From: Sedimentisphaerales bacterium
GTDB taxonomy: Bacteria > Planctomycetota > Phycisphaerae > Sedimentisphaerales > SM23-30
DNA: 64,000 nucleotides
Direction: 5' to 3'
Assembly (NCBI GenBank): GCA_963663965.2
Contig: CAXXFK010000018.1
Span: 1 to 64,000 of the forward strand
Shown: positions 20,992 to 31,426 of the stretch, one piece after another
Numbering within the stretch: position 1 is the first letter of the stretch
How the letters are laid out: each line of letters begins with the position of its first letter
The notes under the pieces: generated by a model
What the model saw: the letters and a program-made list of their open reading frames with translations, nothing else
Told to the model about the DNA's origin: nothing
The model's database searches: none
Program-made: the position numbers and the translations under genes

Positions 20992-23981
20992 ATGAAAAAA
21001 TCCTACCAATACCCGGTTATCTGCCTGTTAGCCATCGCCCAGACCATTTCTGCCGCCGCTTCGAACGAAAAACCAACCGCTTATGTCTTTGAATACGCCG
21101 ACCAGTGGACCCGCTCATCAGGTGCAGCCGGCCAACTGGCTCACGCCGGCTTCGAGGTCGCCGAACTCCCGCTGGACCGCTCGCCCCTTGAAATGACGGT
21201 TGATCTGATTTTCCTGGGATCGTTTGTCAGCGAAAATCCCGCCTATCGCGAATACATGAAAAAATATGCCGCCGACCTTTATCATTATGTCGAGAAAGGC
21301 CGCCTGCTGGTCCAGATGGTCCAGGCCGATCAGACCGAAAAGAGCCCTCCCTTCCTGCCTTCAACCCTTGCTGCCCGCCGGGCCGATCCCGACTATGCCA
21401 AGGCCCATATTCTAACACCCAAAAGCCACTTACTCCAAAGCCTGTCATTTCCAAATAACACCTTTCAGTTTCATCAGCGCGTAACGATCTGGGAGGCCTT
21501 TGTCGATCAGGCCGGTTTTGAAGTCATTGTGGCTGGCGATCCAGATGCCCAGTCTCCGGCCCTGATGGAAGGGGCCTGCGGCCGGGGCCGTATCATTTTG
21601 TCATCCCTGGCGCTGGATAAAACCAGCTTCGGCACCTTTGGTGATCCCGACTCGGCCATCAAACCCATCCGGGCCGCCTTTTTCCGCAACCTCGCTGCCC
21701 ATGCCCTCAATGTCCGCCTTCGCCAGACCAAACCGCTGACCATCACCCCCTCGCCTCAAGCAGTCCTGGACTATGTCGAGGGTTCATGGACCTTTGTTTT
21801 ACTGCCCGATACCCAGCACTACTCGCGTACTTATCCCGGCGTCTTTCTGGCCCAGACCGCCTGGATCGCCCAGAATCATGACCGCTACCGCATCGCTTAC
21901 GTCTTTCAGTTGGGCGATATTACCAACAACAACACCATCGGCGAATGGGAAAACGCCCGCATGGCCTTGTCCCTGATGGATGGCAAAGTCCCCTACGCCT
22001 TCTGTCCCGGCAACCACGATTACGGCCCCAACGGTGTAGCCTCCAGCCGAGAAACGCGCATGAACGAATTCCTGTCTTACGACCACTACCAATCCTGGCC
22101 CACCTTCGGCGGCGCGATGACCCCCGGCAAAATGGATAACACGTATCACCTTTTCCAGGCCGGCGGGTATAACTGGATCGCCCTGGCCCTGGAGTGGGCC
22201 CCCCAGGATGAAACCATCGCCTGGGCCAATCAAATCATGGCCCGTTACCCCGATCGCCTCGGGATCATGTTCACCCATGCCTATCTCAACAATAATGATT
22301 TACGATACGATCACACCGACAAAGTCAATCCCCAGCGTTACAATCCTTATGAATCCCGCACGCCCGGATCCCTCAACGACGGCCAGGAACTCTGGGACAA
22401 ATTAGTACGAAAACACAACTTCGTCTTTGTCTTTAACGGCCATGTGCTCGGCGACGGCGCCGGCTATCGCGCCGATGTCAACGATCTTGGCCGCACCGTC
22501 CATCAGATGCTGGCCAATTACCAGATGCGCACGCTCGGCGGCGAAGCCTACCTGCGCCGGCTGGAATTCCTCCCCGATGGCAAAACCGTACAAGTCAAAA
22601 CCTATTCCCCGCTCTATGACAAATACCTCCTCACCCCCGACCAGCAGTTCCCGCTCAAGGTCGACCTCACCGCCTACGCCCGGCCTATCTCGACTGAATC
22701 ACAACCGGCAATCCCAATCCTGAAAAGCGACCAGACGCTAATCCAGTTAAAAAATGCCAATCCGGACAGCCTCGGATTATCCCTTTTCGGCGATCTCGCT
22801 TCAGGCAGTTATATGTATCCGGTCAAAGAGGAAATCAAAAAATTCCCCCCACAGGCTGAAATCGTTAAAACCTTTCACCTGCCCATGCAAGTGGGCCAGT
22901 ATTTTGTGAACTACGCGTTAAAAGACCAGAACGCGTATCAAACCATCCTGGAAGATGATTCCCCATACTTTAATACCGGCATGACCTATTCTCAATATCT
23001 CAAATCAAGATATACCACAGAACCGGTCGATGGCATCGTCTCCGTTTGCGTAATCAAAAAAGAAGATAAAGAGATGGTGGTCATCGATGCAATAACGATG
23101 AAGATTTCACCAATGATCCGGTCTTGCCCTACACCCTCATGCCGGCCGCAACCACGCCCAATCCAGCATCGGTTCCAAAGCAGGAATACGTCGAGGTAAA
23201 TGCCACCGTGGAATATTGCGATATCAGCAAAAAAGTCATCTCAAAAAAAATACCCTTCCGATTCTCGAAAACAACATTCGATAACAGCATATATTATCTT
23301 TATTCCATTCGAAATGTGAAGCATGGTACGTGGTCGGTTGATAATAATGAGTTTACGGTCGTACTGACCAGTTCCATGCTGGATTTTGACCTGAACTCCA
23401 AATTGATGATCGATTCCGATAAGAACCATCAGTTTGACAACCAGGATATCTCAGCCCCGCTTTTCCAGCCCTTCTCATTCAAAGGGAATTCCTATGAACT
23501 GGGCCAGATCGATCCCATGGAAAAATACCTCATCCTGCAAAAAACCAACGTTCCCGTAGTGGAAATCGGTTACCCGGCGCCCGATTTTGACAGCCCGACC
23601 GTCGATGCCAAAAGCTTTAAGCTCTCGGATTACCGGGGCAAATATGTCCTGATCGATTTCTGGGCCACCTGGTGCGGCCCCTGCGTCGGCGAAATTCCCA
23701 CCCTCAAAGATGTCTACACCCGGTTTAAAGATAAAGGCCTGGTAATGGTAGGAGTCGCCATCCATGAAGATCCCGATAAAGTCAAAACCTATGCCCGGAA
23801 AAATGACCTCAACTGGTTCCAGATCTGTCAGGAAGACAATGAAATCATGAAACTCTATCAGGTCAGCGCGGTCCCCACCGCCTTCCTCATAAACCCGGAC
23901 GGCGTTCTCGTTAACCAGGGCAACGAACTGAGAGGAGAAAACCTGAAATCAACCCTGGAAAAATATTTCAAAAAAGATTAA
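20992..23981 (+). CDS. Secreted calcineurin-like metallophosphoesterase fused (via one frameshift near 23090) to a TlpA/redoxin domain
   Basis: LPDTQHY, LGDI, PGNHDY and NGHV phosphoesterase motifs in 20992-23199; APDF..LIDFWATWCGPC in 23124-23981. One added base near 23090 restores VVIDA-NNDEDFTNDPVLPY. Confidence 0.7.
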
Positions 23982-24007
23982 AAGCGCTCGACAAAATGAT
24001 AGCAACC

Positions 24008-24053
24008 GTAGGGCCGGGCAAAAAAACGCCCAAGGTAGGCTCCGCCCACGCGG
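24008..24053. repeat. Degenerate GTAG-type REP-like hairpins
   Basis: GTAGGGCCGGGC-A7-CGCCC and GGTAGGCTCCGCCCACGCGG immediately after a stop codon. Confidence 0.45.
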
Positions 24054-24143
24054 ATTGGTTCAATAACCATGAGCACATCGAATACCACATTGATATTCAA
24101 CGTTCATAACATCACAAACTATTCTGTTATCAGTAACTTCCCC

Positions 24144-24325
24144 TTCGTGTAGCGCCGCAGGTCGTAGATCCGCCTCAGGAGGACGCGCTTCGTGAAGCCG
24201 AAGGCGCTTCGTGGTTCAAATTTTAATCTCTACCAGTTTCTTTGGGGATTGCGGTTCAATCCCTCCAGGTAAATTCATTGTCCCTCTTTCACGCCGTTCC
24301 CTTCGTGCCTTCGCGGCTTCGTGTG
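24144..24325. repeat. Intergenic cluster of short TTCG(T/C)G-type repeats plus a GATCCGCCTCAGGAGGA hairpin module
   Basis: CTTCGTGTAG, CTTCGTGAAG, CTTCGTGGTT and CTTCGTGCCTTCGCGGCTTCGTGTG. The module at 24167-24183 recurs at 25892 (-), 30433 and 30706. Confidence 0.55.
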
Positions 24326-24344
24326 AAATCTTATTTCTTAAAGT

Positions 24345-25565
24345 TTATCCGCCCCCGGGATAAATCAGATATTTCCTCCGAATCGCCTTAAAAGCCTCCA
24401 ATCCCGTTTGGATTTCTTTAGCCATCGCTTCAACCGACTCCCCGGCAATAATCCCGGTCCTGATCCGATCCGTTCCGCACAGCCGGTCAAAATGGCTGAC
24501 GCGCCACTCGAACGACTCCGGGTAAAGCTGATACGCAGCCTGGATAATCGCCAGTCCGGTCCGGGTCGTATCGATCCGGTCCCGGTCGATAATCCGGATC
24601 CGCGCCCCATGACAAACCTCACCCGAAAATTTGGAAAGCGTGGGCGTAAACGTAACCGGTTCGAAAACTATTCCGGGCAGTTTCTTCCCGTTCAAAGCCT
24701 CCGCCAGCGCCGCGCCATCGACCCAGGGCGCGCCGAATTGCAGGAACGGCCAGGGTGTGCCCCGGCCTTCCGACAGATTGGTCCCTTCCAGCAGACAGGT
24801 GCCCGGATAAACCGTCGCCACCGCCAGGCTCGTCATATTAGGCGACGGCGGGATAAAAGCCAGCCCCGTCTGATCATACCACAGCCCCCGGCGGTAATGC
24901 CTCATGGGGATCACCGTCAGTTTCGCCCGAACCCCGTTTTTCAGCCAACCCTCCCCGTTAAACATCCCGGCCAGTTCACCAATAGTCATCCCATGCCGGG
25001 TGGCGATCGGGTAAAGCCCCACAAAGGTGGCAAATTCACGCTGGAGTATCGTTCCCTCTACCGCCACCCCGTTAATCGGATTGGGCCGGTCCAGCACCAC
25101 AAAGTCAATCCCCGCCTCCGCCGCCGCCTCCATCGCCAGCGCCATGGTCCACGTATAGGTATAAAAACGGGCCCCCACATCCTGAATATCGAACACCAGC
25201 AGATCGATCCCGGCCAGCATCTCCGACGTCGGCTTGCGATTCTGCCCATAAAGACTGTAGATGGGCGCCCCAAATCCGCTCTGGGCCTGATCGGTAATCT
25301 TCACCCCATCCTGCGCCACCCCCTCAAACCCATGTTCCGGCCCGAACAGCGCCACCACCTTCACCTCCGGCATCCCCCCCAACCGATCCGCAATAAACCG
25401 CCCCCGGCCATCCCGCCCCGTATGGTTGGATATAATCCCGATCCGCTTCCCACCAAACAGCGAACCATATCGCTCCACCCGATCCAACCCGGTCTGCACC
25501 ACCCGCCCACATCCACCACCAACCAGCAGAATGGCGGCAATTACGATCAATAAATAATATCTCAT
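24345..25565 (-). CDS. namZ: Exo-beta-N-acetylmuramidase NamZ (DUF1343) family, probable lipoprotein
   Basis: LFGPEHG, FDIQDVGARFYTY, VLDRPNP, RHGMTIGELA and SEGRGT motifs. Confidence 0.9.
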   Translation of the reverse strand: MRYYLLIVIAAILLVGGGCGRVVQTGLDRVERYGSLFGGKRIGIISNHTGRDGRGRFIADRLGGMPEVKVVALFGPEHGFEGVAQDGVKITDQAQSGFGAPIYSLYGQNRKPTSEMLAGIDLLVFDIQDVGARFYTYTWTMALAMEAAAEAGIDFVVLDRPNPINGVAVEGTILQREFATFVGLYPIATRHGMTIGELAGMFNGEGWLKNGVRAKLTVIPMRHYRRGLWYDQTGLAFIPPSPNMTSLAVATVYPGTCLLEGTNLSEGRGTPWPFLQFGAPWVDGAALAEALNGKKLPGIVFEPVTFTPTLSKFSGEVCHGARIRIIDRDRIDTTRTGLAIIQAAYQLYPESFEWRVSHFDRLCGTDRIRTGIIAGESVEAMAKEIQTGLEAFKAIRRKYLIYPGGG

Positions 25566-25608
25566 CAGTCTATCCCCAAAATCAATACTCGAATTCTACT
25601 TTGTATTT

Positions 25609-25717
25609 ATTCGTGTCCATTTGTATTTCGCTTGTTTTTTCTTCGCGGTTTCGTGACTTCCTGTGAACTATTTCCCCCTGATTTATTTCCGTGTCTTTCC
25701 GCGTTTTTCCGTGGTTC
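25609..25717. repeat. Second cluster of short TTCGTG/TTCCGTG repeats
   Basis: TTCGTGTCCATTTG, CTTCGCGGTTTCGTGACTTCCTGTG and TTCCGTGTCTTTCCGCGTTTTTCCGTGGTT. Confidence 0.45.
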
Positions 25718-26028
25718 AAACGGCTGTTCTATTTTAAGCTCAAAATTATCATTCATATTCCTCCGCCAAACTCAACGGTTCGGCCATCTTGCCTGCGATA
25801 ACCGGCCATGGCTTAAACCTGAAAAAATCAAATGTGCTTTTCTTATCCATCATTCACATTCATAACACAAACGCCAATATAAATCAACGGCCCTCCTCAG
25901 GCGGATCTTCGGCATGGGCAAATCACAGATTTATCTCATCTACAAATTGCCCATGCCACCCTGCCGATTCGAGATTAATATTTTTTGACATACTAACTCC
26001 TCAAGTCATTAATATTTGCAGACTTATA

Positions 26029-26961
26029 TTAGCCTCTAAAAGAAGCGGTCTTATTAGGCTGTATTACATAAGAAAAAACTACTTCATCAATCGGAGATCC
26101 ATGGGATCTGCATTTTAGTGTTTCTATTTTTGTTGCTGCATAGTAACCGGCACTATTTTGCCATACGACTATTTCCCCAAGTTGAGCGGTTCTCACTCTG
26201 GATGAGGTATCATACGTTGAAGCATCTTCAATTTCCTCTATCTTTTTAATATCTGTTATCAGGGCTATAGATCGTATACTCTTGGGGTCGTTATAAGCAT
26301 GTATAGATTTTTTATTTGCGCCTGTCCATGCCGTTTCAAACGCCATATCACCTGCACCTATTATATACCGACCGTTATTATTGGAATAATCGAAAGTTAC
26401 TATACCGGCCAACGTCGGCGAAATATATCGCTCTTTGCTGAAAGATAATTTTGGTTCGATATCTTTGGGGGTCACTTTAAACGGATTATAGCCGAGCGGT
26501 GGTCTCGGCTTAATCTTCTCTCCATGTATTTCGCGCACTAATTCTTCATATTTTTCTTCATACTTTTGATCATCCCTGAAATCAACATAGGCCTTTGAAG
26601 CCAGAAAGGTCGGGATTGGAACTTTATTATCATTATCGCGAATCACTGGAATAATACGATCACTTTGAATGTCTTGCATCAATTGACCAGTCAGAATCAT
26701 CTTTTCATAGCCAACTCCACCTGCCCCTCTGTTTGCTTTCTTTACATAATTATCTGTACATATTGCCAATACTCTTTTGGCTTCAGTAAGGCCGGATTCC
26801 ATGAATTGCGGCAAATCCCCTCCTAAGGTCAGATTCCATTGATCCAATATAACATCAACCCCGTTGTTAACTAATCTTGTAGCTAAGGTTAAAACCCAGT
26901 CTTTATGCTGATCACTATCATGTGAGTAAGAAATAAAAACTTTGGAAGCACCACTTGACAT
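26029..26961 (-). CDS. TIR/SEFIR-domain protein with an uncharacterised C-terminal domain
   Basis: KVFISYSHDS..HKDWVLTLATRL..GVDVILDQW..GGVGYE..IIPVIR. Visibly lower GC than flanking genes. Confidence 0.88.
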   Translation of the reverse strand: MSSGASKVFISYSHDSDQHKDWVLTLATRLVNNGVDVILDQWNLTLGGDLPQFMESGLTEAKRVLAICTDNYVKKANRGAGGVGYEKMILTGQLMQDIQSDRIIPVIRDNDNKVPIPTFLASKAYVDFRDDQKYEEKYEELVREIHGEKIKPRPPLGYNPFKVTPKDIEPKLSFSKERYISPTLAGIVTFDYSNNNGRYIIGAGDMAFETAWTGANKKSIHAYNDPKSIRSIALITDIKKIEEIEDASTYDTSSRVRTAQLGEIVVWQNSAGYYAATKIETLKCRSHGSPIDEVVFSYVIQPNKTASFRG

Positions 26962-27358
26962 ATTTATACTCCAGAGCTTTAATAGTTATTTTGCATCGTA
27001 CTTTCTTGTTTTTTTTGCACGCCCCAATTCCGATTGATACTTTATACGCGGTTTGATAATCCACGTTGATACTGCAAATCCTATTAAAATAAGTGTATTC
27101 TTAACTATGATCCGAAACTCCTTAAGTCAGAGTTTTGATTGCATGCACTATCCATTCCTTGTTGTACTCACTACCAACTATTGGTAACGACACACACGAA
27201 AGCCAATGTTGTGGTAGCGATAGCTTGGAGAACTCCAGTAGCGATGGGCAATGCGACAACCTTCGGCAGTACTGCTCCAACTGCCACCTCGATTCACTCG
27301 GTCACTACCATTATCTGGCCCAGTTGGATTATTGGATGGACTTGAAGAATCGTAACTA

Positions 27359-28577
27359 GTGCTCTGTAAAGATTAAATATTCGGATATAGTGATCTCAAT
27401 TTACACCTGGCATCTTCCACTTTAAATTGCCAGTTAACGCCTCGTTGCTTTTCGTTGGAGTGGGTGGCCCATGCTTTCGTCTCTTTTTTCAGCCTATCCA
27501 TGTCGGTCATTTTTCGATCCTTCAGACATTGCCGGGTCATCGCACTCAGTTCATTTTCGGCCACATTGAGCCAACTGCCATGCTTGGGCGTGTAATGAAA
27601 TTCAATTTTTTCCACATACCGGCGCGCCTGCTCCGGAGGAAAAACCTCGTAAAAAGCTCCCTTGGTATGAGTATTCAAATTGTCGCACACCAGAAGCACT
27701 CGTTTCGCTTGGGCATAGCGGCCCTCCAGCAACTCTGCCATTTCAACGGCCCAGTCAACCTTTTTCCGTTGTGGACGAACGCTCACCCCACGCCAGCCGG
27801 ATTTGGGTTCTGTGAACATGAATATGCTGGCGGTTCCGGCGCGCTCGTATTCATAGTCTACTCGACGAGGATGATGCAAGGTTGCTGCCATCGGAGGGCG
27901 AGTTTCCTTGAGCAATTGCACTGGCTGTTCATCCATGCATAGCGCCGGAAAATCCGGGTGATATGGCAGGGAATAGACATTCAGAACATCTTCCATGCAC
28001 GCGACAAATTCACTGTTTTGGTCCGGCGGTATCACCCAGTACTGTATCTTTCGGTTCGTCATTTCATTTTTTTAAGCGTCGTGGCAACGGTGGTGTGACT
28101 GATGGATTCTACGATTCCCAATTCCACCGCTTTGTCGGCTATCAAACGCAACGACCAGTTACTGTAACCTTCCGGCGGATCGCTTAGCCTCAGGGCAATG
28201 ATCTTTGCCTCCTGCTCGCCATCCAGCAGCTTGGCGCGAGGCGGCGTGTCACGCTGCTTACCGTTCAATGTGATGTCAAACCCTCTTTCTACCAGCGATT
28301 TACGAACTTTGGTTACGGTCCTGAGACGACACAAAAAAGCGTCGGCAATTTGATTGCAGGACCAGTTGGGACCGTCCGCATCCGCCTTAAGCAAGATTTG
28401 AGCCCGTTTGACTTTTTGCGAGGTGCCCTTGAGTTTTGTAACAACTTCAAGCAGCTCTTTCCGTTCTGCGTCAGTGAGACGAACGATGTACTTTTTCATA
28501 ACAAACTCCATAAATATTCGGTTTATGGAGTTATTATCGGACATGCTATATAAGAATATTTAGTTTTTACAGAGCAC
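27359..28577 (-). mobile_element. IS630-family insertion sequence
   Basis: TIRs GTGCTCTGTAAAGATTAAATATTC / GAATATTTAGTTTTTACAGAGCAC (22/24), TA duplication at 27357-58 and 28578-79 within a CTAG target. Confidence 0.95.
27373..28499 (-). CDS. IS630 transposase, two ORFs (28059-28499 HTH, 27373-28062 DDE) joined by a probable programmed -1 frameshift
   Basis: PPEGYSNWSLRL HTH part; MDEQP, DYEYERAG, DNLNTH and TPKHGSWLNVAE motifs. An A7 slippery run lies at the ORF overlap (about 28067-28073). Confidence 0.9.
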
Positions 28578-29745
28578 TAGGATTATACCAATCAGCACAC
28601 CATTCACGAACATTACCTGACATATCAAAAAGGCCGTAGCTATTAGCATTAAAACTACCCACTGGAGAAGTATATGGTTTGGTGCCGGTATTGTAGGTGG
28701 GATGATACCCACGAGTGAAACTGGTGTTGTAACTAGCAATGTAGTAACTATCAAAATTGGCATGGGAATGGGTGATAAACGTACCCCATGGAAAGCGCCA
28801 ACCAGAATGAGCACCACGGGCAGCATATTCCCACTGGGCTTCGGTGGGCAATTTATAGCCATAGAAATCGCAGAAGGCTTTGGCGCCGTACCAACTGACT
28901 CTAACTATTGGATGATTATCTTGGGGATTGCCATTGCGGCTTTTAACAGAATAACTTCCGTCGCTGGAATTTATCAGACTTTGTGAACTGAAAATTGAAG
29001 TGTCACACCAAAGCTGGCTGTTGGAACTGTCCGTACTAGCGTAAATTACACCGTTGACCTCCTTTAGCATGTTCTGCGCTTTGGCTTCGTTAAGGAACTG
29101 GGCATACTGGGCATTGGTGATCTCTTGTTTGCTCATCTGAAAGGAACTGAGTGTCACGGTATGAACAGGGAGTTCGTTGCCATAACCTTCATTAAAGTTA
29201 TCGCCCATTTGGAACGAACCAGCGGGTATGGTAACAAACTCGATATCTCTAGGATCAGTAATATAAATTCCATCTGTTGACCAGTTGGATGTCAGAATTG
29301 CCAATTTATCAGTGTTATAAATGTCCAGCCATTGGTCTGACATAAGTTTGAAATCATCTAGATCGATTCGACAATCACCATTTAAATCGCCTTGGGGACA
29401 TTGCGACCAGCCAGGGTAATATAATCCCAATATAGTAAGGACCATTACCAACAACCACTGTCGAGTAAACGGGCTTTTGTCCATCTTTTTCACCTTTCAC
29501 GAGCCATAGAGATATCCGGGTAATCTTATTATTAAAACTAACTATTCATTATCCATTATAAACTTTATGTAGATCTAATTCAATCGTGGTAAATACGGTT
29601 TTTATCCCATTTATGAAAAATCTGATATTAAAAGATAAAGTATGAATTATTTGGTTGATAGATTCCAAAAATCATATAAAGCATTATATTGTAAGCAATT
29701 AAAGCATAGACCCCATATATCTTATAAAGACAACATTGACATTAA

Positions 29746-29913
29746 TATGATTTATTAATAAAGAAGGGTTCGGCACATATTTCCGAAATCGAACAACTCT
29801 GCCCCGAGGTCACCCGGCGTACCTTGCAACGGGATATGAATGCTTTAATTGAACTCAACCTGGTTCGAGTTACCAGTTCAACCCGTCAGTCGAACTATGA
29901 ATTCATCAAATAG
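29746..29913 (+). pseudogene. Remnant winged-HTH (DeoR-like, resembling the C-terminus of Fic-family proteins)
   Basis: Start-less frame LLIKKGSAHISEIEQLCPEVTRRTLQRDMNALIELNLVRVTSSTRQSNYEFIK*. Not in the ORF track. Confidence 0.55.
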
Positions 29914-29915
29914 TA

Positions 29916-29947
29916 TTGCGACAAATTGCGACATATATCGCGACATG
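29916..29947. repeat. Three short direct repeats T(T/C)GCGACA
   Basis: TTGCGACAAA TTGCGACATA TA TCGCGACATG directly after the wHTH remnant stop. Confidence 0.6.
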
Positions 29948-30260
29948 ACTATTGGTCATTATAAACAATATATGTAAATTGGTTGATGCCAACGATCAGA
30001 GGTGCATAACTATTTATTATATAATTCATTAACGCTGAATCGGTCAAATTTTTCATCTGAAACAAATCAATCATCTGGCATAAATTAATCAATATTATGT
30101 TAAATAAAATAAAAACATAAAATTTAATTTGCCTTTAAATATGACTCGGTCTATAATACCAAAGTCGACCCAATAGCCCTCAAACCACCCGACTGAATCA
30201 GCGTACTCCGCCCCAACCGGCCACGCCCGCAGAGCCCCTCTGCGCATGAACCGTGGTGCT

Positions 30261-31371
30261 TTCAAGCGTAGCAAAGCGCAGCTTGTGGGTGTATTCATCG
30301 TCTTGTGTAAGATGGTGTGAACTGGGAATTAACCGGCCAATTTGCTTTGGCTGCTATAACAATACGAAAGAAATGGGATTCGCAAAAATGGAACAACCGG
30401 ATAACGAAGACGCAAAAGGCTCGAAGGTCGCAGATCCGCCTCAGAAGGAACCGACCGTTCCTGGCCGGGGTTCGTAAGGCCCCGGTCAGCGATGGTAATT
30501 GTAATGTTTTTCAACCCTCGCCTCCCCGAGGCGAAAGATAACGTAGGATGGGCAACCCCCGGTTGCCCATGCTGGTCTAATTAACATGAGCGCAGCGAAT
30601 ACCAACATAAAACGAAACAAAGCCAATGATGAAAATAATGGTCCTAACCCCAACAACGAAACGAGCTTAACGAAAAATAAAAAAATCATCCGCCGAATGC
30701 CGCAGGTCCGCCTCAGGAGGACGGATACCCAAAGCGGCCCAACGGGCCGGCATAAAATAGCCCAGGCAGAGCGAATCCCGTAAAACGGGATGAGCGCCAC
30801 CCTGGGTAACAAACATGATTTTAAAATTTTAACCCACGCCTCGCAGAGGCGTACCGCCAGGATATCTCGCAAAAGAGATAGATAAAACCAACATGAGCGC
30901 AGCGAAAACCAACATAAAACGAAACAAAGCCAACGATAAAAAATATCACCCTAACCTTTACAATAACAGGAGGATAACGAAATTTTATTCATACCCTGGA
31001 TGCCATCTTCAAGCGCAGCTTGTGGGTGGATTGGTCGCCTTGTGAACTCCAATTTGAATTGAGCTTAACGAAAAATATAAAACCATCCGCCTCAAGGCGG
31101 ATACAAATAATATCTCGGAGAGATCAAAAGCGCATAGCCCGCCAATTCATTGGCGGGAATACCCGAACCAGCGTAGAAAATTTTTAAACCCACGCCTCGC
31201 AGAGGCGTACCTGCAGGATATCTCGCAAAAGAGATAGATAAAACTAACCATGAGCGCAGCGAATACCAACAGAAAACGAAACAAAGCCAATGGGTTAAAA
31301 TATTGCCATAACCCTAACAATATATCGAGCTTAACGAAAAATAAAAAAACCATCCGCCTCTTGGCGGATAC
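30261..31371 (+). repeat. Non-coding modular repeat array (three clear units plus one degenerate unit, ~290-360 bp period)
   Basis: ATGAGCGCAGCGAAWACCAACAKAAAACGAAACAAAGCCAA ending at 30626, 30933 and 31290, each followed by 36 variable nt and GAG(C/G)(T/A)TAACGAAA. A ~110-bp near-identical block occurs at 30823-30933 and 31177-31290. Interspersed hairpins throughout. Confidence 0.88.
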
Positions 31372-31426
31372 CACAATTTTGCATTTTAAATTCTAAATTT
31401 TAAATTTCTAAACAGGAGGTACTACC

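Larger units (their letters stand above)
27178..29493 (-). pseudogene. Secreted formylglycine-generating-enzyme (SUMF1/FGE-sulfatase) domain protein interrupted by IS630
   Basis: The 5' part (28578-29493) has a signal peptide, dockerin-like GDLNGDCRIDLDDF, LPTEAQWEYAARG and GLFDMSGNVREW. Removing the IS restores WYNPSYDSSSPSNNPTGPDNGSDRVNRGGSW..IGFRVCRYQ*, ending at 27178. Confidence 0.9.

Noticed and set aside
24408..25553. 381-aa Pro/Arg-rich plus-strand ORF
   Set aside because: Antisense shadow of namZ caused by the C-rich skew.
27135..27359. Two short plus-strand ORFs next to IS630
   Set aside because: The region is the minus-strand 3' end of the interrupted FGE-domain gene.
30583..31371. 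CRISPR array (conserved blocks flanking 36-nt variable segments)
   Set aside because: The period is ~300-350 bp, the 36-nt segments share in-register conserved bases and are flanked by two different conserved sequences, and no cas genes are in the window.
27178..31371. Diversity-generating retroelement (FGE-domain target plus AAC-rich repeats as template)
   Set aside because: There is no reverse transcriptase or Avd gene in the window. The AAC-rich repeats do not align with the FGE C-terminal region beyond a chance 9-mer, and differences between units are not adenine-specific.
30095..31374. Short ORFs in the repeat region (30253, 30317, 30486, 30586, 31147 etc.)
   Set aside because: They are translations of the repeat modules, frames are not conserved between units, and there is no recognisable domain.
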